A stretch of 62,617 bases of DNA, filler included, from Asterionella formosa (GCA_002256025.1; 6 parts of 6 records of this genome joined end to end with filler, not necessarily neighbours in it), one strand, 5' to 3'. Counted from the whole stretch's first letter, positions 1 through 11,410 are shown. Notes: generated by a model from the sequence alone, not told the origin. Translations and numbers: made by a program.

Positions 1-370
1 AACCATGTAATCTTGAATCAATCATCTAGTGGATTGTGGTACATGTTCCTAATCAGGTCACTAGAGGCGAAAATATATTGACACTCATAACCTGATCAGG
101 AATCAGGAATCTCTATGTGTTTCAACTACATACAACCAGGTAGGTACACCAAGGAACAAATTAGAGAACACGAAGGATGCGTCAAGGATTCTGTCGTTGA
201 TATGAAATAATATGCACTGGTATAATTATATGACTAATAAAATATGTCACAACTACTATACCATTACGAAGGCTCGGACTTACGCAGAGGGACTGGAAAC
301 ACATGAGCTCATCCATTCCCATTTAACAACATAAGCAAACATCCCATCACTGCAGCCAACAAAGATTGCC

Positions 371-1285
371 ATGTTCTTCAAGAGTTCGCAACGAAATCTC
401 AAATTCTTTCTTGAGAAGGAAGCATGGGATGATATTCGGAATATGCTAACAACCCCCAAAGGCAAAGGTGATGCTCGACACAAGTTGTATAGAGATCCTG
501 TATCTGGAAACGAAATTACGTTTCTGCATTTGGCGTGTTGGAAACATGCGCCGTTGGATGTCATCAAATCTATTTGTGCCGTCGATTCATGTTTGATATC
601 GACTCTATCCGAAACTGGTGCCGATTTGCCGTTGCACTACGCCGTGGCGTCTGGAGTGGCAACAACCGTTGAATATTTGGTGAGTCGGTATCCACAAGGT
701 GTGGCAGTCCGATGCCATCGCAATGGCGCCTTTGGTAACAACGTCACACCTCTACATGTGGCTGTCAAAGTCAATGCTTCCCCAGACACAATTCGACGTT
801 TGCTTGAACATGCACCACAACGAACACGAACATTACGGAACAATGATGGCAAAACCCCGTTCGTAGCAGCGATGGAATCGTACGAAACAAGGAATGAACA
901 CGATCGACAAGTTGTGTTGCAACTATTGCGCCCAAAAAAGACGAGACACAATTCTGCTATTCTCGTTTTGCTCTTGGCTACTGCCTTACTCGGGTGGAAA
1001 TCATTATCAACATGGACTCGGTTGTGGAGCAATACCGTGTGGTGCTTCTCTATTTTTCTTGGTTTGGTGGTACTGTTGCCTTTTCATGGTTTGGTGGTAC
1101 TTTTGCCTAGTTTTGGATTCATAGTTTGGCTGCAAAGGAGGGTTTTGTTGCAATATCAGCCAATTCGATGCATATCAAATGTACTGGATGTGATAATTTC
1201 GATTGAAGCAAAAAAACATCGAAGCAGGCTGAGCAGTGGCGACAGTACATCAAGTACATCAGCCCTGTCAGTCACTAGTACATAA
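371..1285 (+). CDS. Ankyrin-repeat protein with C-terminal hydrophobic (putative transmembrane) segments
   Basis: 304-aa ORF with ankyrin motifs FLHLACWKHAPLDVI, LPLHYAVASG, TPLHVAVKVNASPDTIRRLLE and GKTPFVAA, followed by two hydrophobic stretches (ILVLLLATALLGW; FSIFLGLVVLLPFHGLVVLL). Confidence 0.8.
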   Translation: MFFKSSQRNLKFFLEKEAWDDIRNMLTTPKGKGDARHKLYRDPVSGNEITFLHLACWKHAPLDVIKSICAVDSCLISTLSETGADLPLHYAVASGVATTVEYLVSRYPQGVAVRCHRNGAFGNNVTPLHVAVKVNASPDTIRRLLEHAPQRTRTLRNNDGKTPFVAAMESYETRNEHDRQVVLQLLRPKKTRHNSAILVLLLATALLGWKSLSTWTRLWSNTVWCFSIFLGLVVLLPFHGLVVLLPSFGFIVWLQRRVLLQYQPIRCISNVLDVIISIEAKKHRSRLSSGDSTSSTSALSVTST

Positions 1286-1452
1286 GTATAATGAAAATGT
1301 ACATTCTGCTATCATTTTCTGTACCAACCAGGGTACTGCTACCAGAAAATAGATAATACAAATGTGTATATTATTGCTGATCTATTAATGAGTTGTTATG
1401 CAGTGTCACCAATGGCAGAGTCAGAAAGCTGAGAACTATAGCTGACCATCAA

Positions 1453-3181
1453 GCTGAAGGCAATACATGCCCAAGGTGGTCTCATACCTGCTACTCCCTC
1501 TGTCTAGTAACTGTTGCATTGATAATTCAAATTTATCCGGGGCCATTTTGACTCCTACGATTTTCTCCGGCTCAATTGCCCTATTGTGCGGCTTGCTCTA
1601 AGCTACAGAATAATAAATATATTATATACAGAAAGATTAAAATTGGCAACTACTTAAAAAAAAAGTTTTTCGGATTTTTCGACTTCCACTGTTGCTTATC
1701 TCGAGCAAAATGCAGAAGCATGAGGACCCATTTTTCTTCGAACAATCTATTCTCAACATATGTACAAAGTACAATATAACAGTAGAACAATGGCAACTTG
1801 CGTTCAATTATGGAATGTGCAACCCCAAAAGTGGTGATGATAGGAAGTAAGAAAGCACCAGCATGCTTGTTTTGAGGATTGTAACCGTTAAACATCTGGT
1901 GGCATGGTCCATGTAGGTGCAACAACCGTAGAAAGTATACCGAACAACAATTATTCTATTCATGTCATAATTATGATAGTGGCTTGTTGTATTTGGTTTC
2001 CCGCAAATATTTGACTGGCCGGCCGATGTGAAACAGCAGTTGGCAATATGTACATGCATGCAATGAATATGCGTATCTTAAATTGATTTCGATCAATTTA
2101 TTTAGATGCTAATAATTTAATTACAGAAACTGAGTATATGTTCTTGTCTATGTAACTCATAAAAACGCATTTTTTCGAGTAAGCCGACCCTCACGTAGAA
2201 ATTTGGTATGTTGGCCACATAATCCTTCATATGCGAACAGTTAAGACACTGGTGGTGCCAGCGAATCGATGCAACTGTTACTAGACAGAGGGAGTAGTAT
2301 ACATGTTTTCAAGGCAGGGTGGCATGAGTAGGTTGACCATACAAGTGGCACCCCTGGCACTGTGAGAAGGTCACCCTACAAGTGCCATCCCAGCCAAGTA
2401 CACATGTGTACAAGAAGGAATGAAGCCACTGAGCAGGGTATTGTCGAGGATATTAAAAAACTAGCTATTGTCACACTATTCCAATCTTCATATCGAAATT
2501 TGCAATGGGTCCAATATTACCCATCATTAAATAAAATTGTTGCATATTTCTTATGTTCCCATTTTGGCATTACAATTTGTGCCAACTGCCCCTTGGTTTT
2601 CCAGCCCTGGGATTGCCGAGATTGGCAAAGGGTCTACTTAAGGAAACCATTTTTTACACTCAACAGATTTCAATAATTTAAACATAGAATTCACCTCATT
2701 TTTGTTCGTCGCCTGAAAAAAGGACAATTGCAATTCACCTTTCACCATGCAGATCATCGTCCATCATGCCCAGTCTGATGCGAAAATAGTTCATTGATGA
2801 AACCAGCAGCGATACATTGTCGAATGGATGCAGTTGGTTGTTGGCTTGCTTGTCTTCTTGTGTGATTCAAGTAGTCACATTGTCCATATTTCATTGGACA
2901 AACGATGATATCGGTGCATATCTGATGTTGGTGGCAAGTTTTTGCTCCGGTCATGCATGTGATGATACTTGATGGATATTCTGCTCATCTAGCCTAGATA
3001 TGTACGCAGCAATTAAAACAACCATGTACGGATTAAGCTAAACTTTAATGCCTACTTTGAACACTTTATAATATTCATGCTGCAGACTTGGTATTACCTT
3101 TACAAGACCAGAATGTTAAATTATATTGTTCACATCTTCATTGATTTTGCATACCATATACCCGATTTTTTCCGCCAAATG
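1453..3181 (-). repeat. Repeat family A, copy A1 (inverted; right half plus hairpin end), interrupted by a MITE
   Basis: 1453-1493 plus 2297-3181 is the reverse complement of ~6600-7627 and of the 3' part of the 52.3-54.07 kb copy, e.g. GGTCTACTTAAGGAAACCATT vs AATGGTTTCCTTAAGTAGACC. Confidence 0.85.
1494..2294. mobile_element. Stowaway-like (Tc1/mariner-derived) MITE, 801 bp, TA target-site duplication
   Basis: ~30-bp TIRs CTCCCTCTGTCTAGTAACTGTTGCATTGAT / ATCGATGCAACTGTTACTAGACAGAGGGAG with 2 mismatches, and TA on both sides (1492-93, 2295-96). The empty site is visible in paralogous copies of repeat A. No transposase ORF. Confidence 0.9.
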
Positions 3182-3425
3182 TTTGTTCAAACAGTACAAT
3201 CAGTATCCCCAATGGGCGTTCTATGACATTCAATTAGACGGATTTCTATATTGAAAGTAATCCTAATCCTGCTGACTACGAATATCACTTCTTGTAGCTA
3301 ATGTAGTAAATCACAATAAAGTTACTACTTCTTATTATAGCTTAATTGTAGGAGGAATCATGCTACTAATTGTGAATTGTATGTGCTTCTACAATGGACT
3401 TATTTTTATCTTAATTGTAGGAGTG

Positions 3426-4500
3426 ATTCCCGCTCCATCTATTGTCTTGCCATTTTGGTACTTTTAAGTAATTTTTAGGCTCTAAGTATTTTCTTAAGTA
3501 GTTTTTATTTAGGGGCAATATGGGGCACATCAAATTTTTCGGCATCAAAATTGCCGATTTCAGCATGAAAGCCAGAATAATGGTAATGTATATAAAAATA
3601 GTAAAACAAGCATCAAACACACTGAGAATGATTGTAACACGCAATATCAATGAAAATCGAACATGATGTTTGGAGAAACCAAAGAATTACATGCAATGTA
3701 ATAAGTAGGGTCAAATGAGAAATAGAAAATATTGTTTTGGGTTAGAAATACAGTAAAAATTGGAGTGTCAGTGGAGAAATATCTATGCATTGTAGCACTT
3801 ACACAGGCAACATTGACTTTCCATTACGCCATCGAAGAACGAAATGAAACAGATAAGACGAAAAACTCAAGCCTATTGAAATCGTGATATAGCATAGATG
3901 ATATGGTTGCTGCAACCATGAACATCGCTGTAGTAGCCTGATCCAAGTTGCTTGCAGCCCTCCCGCCCACAGTTGTTCTGCCCATCAAATAGCAGCCTGA
4001 TCATTTCATTCCAATCCTTTCTGACTGATCGTGATTGCCAGGAAGCTCCAGCACTATCGACTCCCTCTAGCTGAATATTTTAATGTATCTTGTGATACGA
4101 ACTTGTAGTAGAAATGTAGCAACGCGCATCAGTACAAAAAAGTATTGCTTAGCAGCAATATTGACATTGTGGTCAATGACAACACAAATCAACAGATATG
4201 ATCAACAACAATACATCTTCAAAGAGTAGTCATCGATAAATACATTGTTTCTTGTGTAGATACTAGATACAATCGAAACAACGACAGTGCGGAACGACAA
4301 ACAACGGTAGAAGCAATCAAAATGGACCATGGAAGCAACTAAATCAGAAATTCAACACATTCATTGTTTCACTGTTGTACTCACCGATCCACTCTAACTA
4401 GGATAACAAACAGCAGACGATGTTATCAAAAGAAGGTCGAAAGATCCCGGTTGCAAACCCAAATTGAGCAATGGCAGGCAGGATAGAGTGAGAAGGATAA
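3426..4500 (+). repeat. Repeat family A, copy A2 (left half, diverged)
   Basis: Colinear similarity to 5526-6590 and 52301-53285, e.g. TAATTTTTAGGCTCTAAGTA, CACAGGCAACATTGACTTTCCAT and CTCTAGCTGAATAT. Confidence 0.85.
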
Positions 4501-5079
4501 TTGTGAGGTAGTCAGATCAACAGTCGTAGTGCTAACGTTGCTCGTATATATCACTCGATCGCTCCAGCAGTCCAGCGGATGCGCTGGGTTTTTTTGGGGC
4601 GATCTGCACATACAATTCGAATAAAAGCGGCGCGTTTGTGCGTGGGAATCTTGTGCTTATGAATGAAACAAGAGCAGCAATTGGTACCAGTGGGCATGGT
4701 AGAATTGGGGCCCAATCCCTGAAATAAATAGCCAATCTCTAAACCATTGGCAGTGGCACAAAGGGGAGCGGTGCTAAAAGTCAATCAGTCCTTATAGCCG
4801 CAATTTTACCATTGTTGGGTGGAGGACCAATGGTGCTGGTAGCTGATAGCTGATAGCTAGAGAAAGATTTTCAAGAAGGGGAGGGGTAGGTGTAACACTG
4901 TGGGGAATTTCATGGCATTGGCGGCTCATTGGACCAGTTTTATTAAGGGTGAATTGATTGCCCCCAAAATTTGAAAATTTGTTTGAATACACCAGCTGGT
5001 TGGACGTTCTTGAGTCAGCATGATACTCAGATTCCTTTTGATAAGGGGTTAGGGACTTGATTTCAGATTGACTTGATGA

Positions 5080-5330
5080 GGTCAGCTTTGGGATCAATCC
5101 AATTGGCTGCCATGCATTTACCTTATTTCTTACATTGGTAGTAAATATACCACATGACATTTGAACAGGCTCCATTGTGTACTTGTTCTTTTTTCGACCA
5201 TATGTGTCTTATCAATAAAGAACATGAGTGGAACAAAGAAGTCATTGAGCTGGGTACATAAGTATCCATGTGCATCAATCCACCAGCAGCCAGTCAAAAA
5301 TTCGGATCTCACACTGGTTGGTTGTGACAA
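5080..5330 (-). pseudogene. Plavaka-like transposase fragment (frameshifted)
   Basis: Two adjacent frames read EFLTGCWW...FFVPLMFFIDKTH and EPVQMSCGIFTTNVRNKVNAWQPIGLIP. This resembles the Plavaka pattern TGxWW..VPhhhxxDKTH..PVxhxxG..R..AWxxhGxhP (from memory, not searched). Confidence 0.6.
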
Positions 5331-5525
5331 TTTACATGGCTTGGAGAAATCAAGAGATTCTTAACCTGAGCCAAGAAATTACAACATATGACATCAATCA
5401 ATGTTCCATCATGCCATGCTGCTTATTTCACCTGGGGAATGGAGTCATTCATTTCAAATCACACTTTTTGCTAAGTATAATAGCAAGCATAATAAAACCT
5501 ACTTTGTTCAACTAGAGACCAGAAA

Positions 5526-7627
5526 GCAATTCCCACTCCAGCTATCGTCTTGCCATTCGAGTACTTCTAAGTAATTTTTAGGCTCTAAGTAATTTCTAAA
5601 GTAATTCTTATTTAAGGGCAATATGGGGCACATCGAATTTTTCGGCAATAAAATTGCCGATTTTAGCATGACAACCAGAATAACGGTAATATGCATAGAG
5701 ATGGTACAACAAGCGTAAAACACATCAGAATGATTGTAACATGCAACATCAATGAAAATTGAACATGATGTTTGGAGCAACCAAAGTATGAAATGCGATG
5801 TTATAAGTAGCATCAAACGAGAAATAGAAAAAAATGTTGGGCTAGAAATGAAATAAAAAATAAGAATTCCAATGGAGACGTATGCATTGTGAATCATTGT
5901 AGTACTTACACAGGCAACATTGACTTTCCATCACCATACAATCGAAGACCGAAAGAAGAAGAAAAAAGCTCAACCCAATGTAGACCTGTATCGTTATTTA
6001 GCGTCAATGGTCCGGTTGCTGCAACCATGCGCATCGCTGTAGTAGCCTGACACCAGTAGCAGTATTTCCGCCACAGTCATTCCTCTCCGCCCACCAAACA
6101 GGAAACCCTGATCATTCCATTCTGAGCAAGCATGATCGCCATGCTGCTCCAGCACTATTGACTCTCTCTAGCTGAATATATGAAGCTTCTGATACGAACC
6201 TGCAGTAGAAATGTAGCAAAGCGCGTTAGTACAAGAAAAGCATTCCTTGGCGGCAATATTGACATCACTGTCAATGACTATACAAATCAACAACGGCACA
6301 ATACCACATCTTCAATGAGTAGTCATTGATAAATGCATTGGTTCTTATGTAGATATATACAATCGAAACAAAACAACAGTGCGTAACGACAAACAACGAT
6401 GGAAGCGATCAAAACAAACCACGGAAGCAATCAAATCGGAATAAATACGATCTACAATCCACATTCAGTGTTTCACTGTTGTACTTACCGATCTGCTTCA
6501 ACTAGCATAACAAGCAGCAGACAATGGGATCAAAGAAAGACGAACGTTACCTATTGCAAGCCCGAGTAGAGCAAAGGCAGGCAAGATAGAGTGCGAACTA
6601 TATTTGTGAGGACGAAATCGGGCATACGGTACGTAAAATCAATGAATATGTGAACAATATAATTCAACATTTCAGGTCTCGTAAAAATAATACCGAGTCT
6701 ACAGAGATAAAATAATTTCGTGTTCAAAGTAAGCGTTAAAGCATAGCTTAAACCATGGATGGTTGTTTTTAGTACCACGTACGTATGTAGACTAGATGAC
6801 TGCCGGGAACCGGTAGAATATCCGTTAAGTATCATTACATACATGACCGGAGCTAAAACTTGCCAACAACATCAGATGTATCGATATATCATCGTTCGTC
6901 CAACGAAAAATGGATGATGCAACTACATGAATGCCTCGAGAAGACAAGCAATCCAACAATCAATCACATCCGTTAGGCAAAGAATCGCTATTGGCGTCAT
7001 CGCGGAACTGATTTCGCTTCAAGCCGGTCATGATGGACGACGATTGGCATGGTGAAAGGTGAAATTGCCGGAGTCCATTTTTCAGGAGACGAACAAAAAC
7101 GAGGTGAATTCTAGATATAAATGATTAAAAACTGTATAGTATATAAAATGGTTTCCTTAAGTAGACCACTTGCCGATTTCGGCGATCCCAGGGCTGGAAA
7201 ACCGAGGGGCAATTGGTGTCTGTTGTCTTGCCAAAATGCGAACATATAAAATATTCAAAATGTATTTTAATGATGGGCAATGTCGGACCTTTGGCAATTT
7301 TCGAAGTGAATATAGGAAATACACAAAATATATATTTAATATGATGGGCAATAGTAGGGTAAAATTGACATTTATGCTAAATTGGTGGGCAGTAGGTAAG
7401 CGAATGACGCGACAATAGCTAGAGCGGGAATTGCCTTAACGATACCCTTCTCGGCGGGTACTTGCCTTCTCGTATACATGTGTACTCGACTTGGATGGCA
7501 CTCGTAGGGTGACCTTCTCGCAGCGCCGGGGGCGCCACTCGTACTGTCAACCTACTCGCGCCACCCAGCCTCGAACACATGTATACTCGCAGGCAAGAGA
7601 CCACCTCGGGCGTGGATTGCCTTCGGG
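5526..7627 (+). mobile_element. Repeat family A, copy A3 (most complete): non-autonomous element with imperfect inverted repeats and a long hairpin beyond the right one
   Basis: Left GCAATTCCCACTCCAGCTATCGTC (5526) matches the reverse complement of right GACAATAGCTAGAGCGGGAATTGC (7411-7434). GGCAA motifs recur near both ends, there is no long ORF, and similarity between copies continues through the hairpin to ~7627. Confidence 0.75.
7450..7608 (-). other. Long imperfect hairpin with five periodic CGAG/CGAG (tandem G.A) internal motifs
   Basis: Ten CTCG at 7450, 7469, 7485, 7501, 7517, 7538, 7555, 7570, 7586 and 7605 are symmetric about 7529. The intervening segments are reverse-complementary (TATACATGTGT/ACACATGTATA; CTTGCCT/AGGCAAG; GCGCC-GGG-GGCGC apex). 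Confidence 0.85.
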
Positions 7628-8008
7628 AATCCCTGATAGCGAAGCTACGAAGGTTTCCGGGAATCTGCAACACCCAAAATCAACATGGCGAAAGCTCAGT
7701 CAAACGCCGGAGCCTGCGACGCTTCTGCCAAAACGCAAGCCACAGCGTAGACACAAACAAGCGCTTCCAATGAAGTGAAAGGAAGCGATTCAATAACAGC
7801 TAAATTGCGTAAAGTAGCCTATATTAATGCATCTGACTACGATCGTGATGAAGTCAACCTCACAATGGCGTCACAACAAGAAGCTTCTGATGATAAATTG
7901 GCACGGGCGAAAGAATACTCTTTGAAGAAGCAGCGCAACATCATCTTGGCAGAGTAACAACAAGATCCAGAGTTCATTTCGATTCTAAAGGAGGATAATA
8001 GAGCAAAA

Positions 8009-8360
8009 AATTCACTATTCCAAGCGCCAACATGGAATTCAACAGACCTACTGTACCAGACCCAACGGAAACTCTAGCAGAGCGCACAATTGCAGGCAAG
8101 TATTCTTCTCAGAAGCAACAGCGAAAAACAACGACAGAAGCACAATCACCAGCATTCGATTCCACTCTCAAGGCGACAACCGGGCAAAACAATTCATTAT
8201 TCCAAGAGTCCCCAATGACTTTGAGGAATCCAATATTCCGGAGCCACATGAACGTCAATCAGAGTGCACAACTGGTAGCAAGTATGTTTCTCAGGACAAA
8301 CAGTGCACAATAAAATCGTCACAAGCACAAGTAACAGCATTCGATACCAATCTAAAAGAT
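8009..8360 (+). repeat. Diverged ~182-bp tandem duplication inside a decayed coding-like region
   Basis: AATTCA(C/T)TATTCCAAG at 8009 and 8191; CAGAG(C/T)GCACAA...CAGCATTCGAT at ~8078 and ~8260. Confidence 0.6.
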
Positions 8361-10130
8361 GCAAATCGGTCAAATCAAGTAAATAGGGGACAAAGCCCCA
8401 CTATTCTAAGCAATACAAATGATTCCATGGATTTCTGCTCAAACGAGCATGTCGATTATCCGATGATCGAAATGAGGAATCCAATGGAGTTTAGTCACAC
8501 CTCAGTGGCCATCAATGCCACAAACAGCACAACCCAAAATTTCCGTTGTCTTCATCTGTTTTCCAACATAGTGAGAGACTGACCCTGCAGCAACACAGCA
8601 GATCATTTGCAACACTTTGATCCTACTGTCATTTGAGGGAGTGTAACCTTCCACCACCCTTCCCCATGCGTCAGCGCCAGAAGCCACTACATATGTTGGA
8701 ATGGTATTTGGAGGGCGCACTTTTTTCTCTGCCCAGGCTGGTCATGCCAGGAAGCGCTATGCAGTCTCTCCTATTAACCTAGAGTAGTCTTAAGGTACTC
8801 TATAAATGAAGTTAACTATATCATTCATTTATAATCGGTTTTGAAATTCTTTCAGAATAGTGGTCCTCCTGGGAGGACAAGAATCAAAAATGAATCCAGC
8901 TTCTTGAGCTGTGCTGCAGAAATTCATTCTTTGATCACACAAAAACAGAGGAGAATGAGTGCCAAGCAAGAGTTTAAGATGCTGAGACTTCATAACATTT
9001 CCAAATGAGAAGGGTAACTCAGGATCAGTGGAGGAAAACCTAATGTTCAGGACTTGATTAGTATTTGTTTCATCCTGCAAGACTATTTCGCTTGTATTTC
9101 CTTCATTTTCTTGTAGATCAATGTCATCTATGCTAGTATGGTGCATCTACAAAGTGTAGTGTTTGAACATGAGACGTTTTGGCCCTTTACTTTAAAGACA
9201 AAGAAAACTCATCAGCAGATGATGGTGGAGATGGATGAACTCCATCATATTCTTCCTGACCGTTGGCTGGAGCAGTTGCTGGCTTACGAAACAACTCAGC
9301 AGCTGTTTCGCATTCAGGGCTTTGTGCGTAATGACAGCAAAGGGGAACAAATGGAACCATACCACATATCAACCAGTAATTGTCGTCGTTCCTGATAAAA
9401 ACGATTGAATAGTGATTACGTATTTTTCTAGAATCAGGAAAACAATAGATATTTGACTGATCATTTGGAAAAACTCGAAATAAATTCTTTCATTCAATTA
9501 AATCGAGCAAGCACAGCTCCACATCCATTGCTGCTTTCCCTAAGGGCAACCCCTTGCTAGAGATATCACTGTAGACTATTTGAAGTAGCTCGGAAATACC
9601 TCTCATTTTCGACTGACTGCAACGATATTTGAGAAACCCTAATATAGTATGCGACAGCTAGTTCTATAGAAATATCGGTATATAAATCAGATCTACCAAA
9701 GTTTCTCATCCTTTGCTGCGTTAATTGAATTTTATTGATAAAATTATCATTGTAGAAAAATTGCAGCCGCTCCGAAAAGAAGATATCTTTGGTTGCAGCT
9801 CTTATTTTTTAATACATGCATCAGCTTTTCTATGTATACAAATTTGCAAATTTGATAGATCTCCTATAACTGTATCTTTTCCTTGTAAGAGTCATTGTTA
9901 TTGTAGCGGTAATTTTGCTTGTAAACTGTCCGAAAAGGTGGGATAAATAGTTGAGATAATTTAGACATCCTATATAGTATCATATAGCATTACTAATCAA
10001 TTGCAAATCACAACGCTGAAAATCTGATGATTTACCATTTTCGACAGATTTTCGCATGGTCTGCATTGCTCGCCAACAAGTATACTGACAAAGCAGAGAC
10101 TGAGCCCCAGCTTTTTGTGAAGTCGATATA

Positions 10131-10246
10131 CACGTGTCTAGTACAGAGCAAGGTAGCAGACGAGGAGGCCCATCTGCGCCAGGTTTCTTTTCATGAAAAA
10201 CAGCTGCTGGCTGGAACGCAGTAAAGGACCAAATATCACATTTGGT

Positions 10247-10250
<4 letters not shown>
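10131..10250 (-). repeat. Repeat family B fragment (inverted relative to ~11965-12120)
   Basis: GCGCCAGGTTTCTTTT...AAAACAGCTGCTGGCTGGAACG is the reverse complement of CGTTCTAGCCAGTAGCTGTTTT...AAAAGAAACCTGGCGC near 12030-12075. Confidence 0.75.
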
Positions 10251-10368
<118 letters not shown>

Positions 10369-10468
10369 NNNNNNNNNNNNNNNNNNNNNNNNNNNNNNNN
10401 NNNNNNNNNNNNTTAATTAATTAANNNNNNNNNNNNNNNNNNNNNNNNNNNNNNNNNNNNNNNNNNNN
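10369..10468. other. Artificial contig linker N44-TTAATTAATTAA-N44
   Basis: Identical 100-nt spacer present five times; the 12-mer gives stop codons in all six frames. Confidence 0.97.
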
Positions 10469-10711
10469 CATTAATACCTCAAGGTTAAACAAATATATAT
10501 GCTAGTCAAACAAATAATTATGTGTAACCAATTCGCTTTTTCAATTTCATTCTACAATCGCAAAATCAATCAAATTAATCGCTTCGCTATATAGTAGTTT
10601 ATATTGATACTTTCTATAGAACGTGATTCTCAAACCAATACGACAAGCAATGGATGTTCATTCTTGCAGCTGGATGCTGTAACTTAACGCAAGATTGCTT
10701 GGCTACTCATA
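10469..10711 (+). repeat. ~240-bp direct repeat at the start of contig 2 (partner 20584-20825)
   Basis: CATTAA(T/C)ACCTCAAGGTTAAA...GGCTACTCATA is present at both contig ends with several substitutions and indels. Confidence 0.9.
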
Positions 10712-10789
10712 GTACTTGCAGGAATCCATGTTTACTACCGGTAGATCAATTCATAGCAAATGAGCCGGCTGCTCATTCTCATTGCTCGG

Positions 10790-11410
10790 ATTGATTGTCT
10801 TTTGTAGAAAGAGGGAAACATTTTTCCTTACCATGTTCCCCAATGGCCAACCCAGCCCTGATCATATGATTGTCTGCAATCAGTGAACAACAATCGTAGA
10901 GTGAGTTCATGAACAAACAATCGTTACAAAGGCATCATTTTCGTTGTGCTTAGCTACCATGCCGCAGCCTGATTCCCAACAAATCTCTCGCTCAACAGAT
11001 TGATTGTCTGTAGACAAAGAACAGCGTTTGCAGAGTAAGTTCGTGATCAACAAGCAAGTAACAAGCACACAATCAAGCCCTTTTTATAATTCATTACAAA
11101 TAGCAATTCATGCGCTAACAATTCCGAACAAAGACGAAGGAGAATAGGAGAGGAGATCCGCCCACAACAAGCAACAGCAAACAGTATCAAGCAACAAAAG
11201 GCAAGAAAACATTGCACTTGCTTACCATGTATATTATTGTGTCCCCTTTGCACCAGAGGAATCGCTTCGGCAATGCGAAAAACAAATGATTGATAGCCTG
11301 CCTGACACAGAGCACGACACATTTCATTCTTCCCAAGGTTCAACCCTGCCCTGCCAAAAACATTTTGATTGTCCGTAGGAAAAGAACAAGGTTCACAGAG
11401 TAAGTTCATG
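10790..11410 (+). repeat. Degenerate sub-repeats (TGATTGTC...AGAGT(A/G)AGTTC(A/G)TGA)
   Basis: The motif recurs at ~10868, ~11001 and ~11366, with a partial copy at ~10792. Confidence 0.6.

Noticed and set aside
7450..7608. CRISPR-like repeat/spacer reading of the CTCG periodicity
   Set aside because: The repeat is only 4 nt and the spacers are pairwise reverse-complementary, so it is a hairpin.
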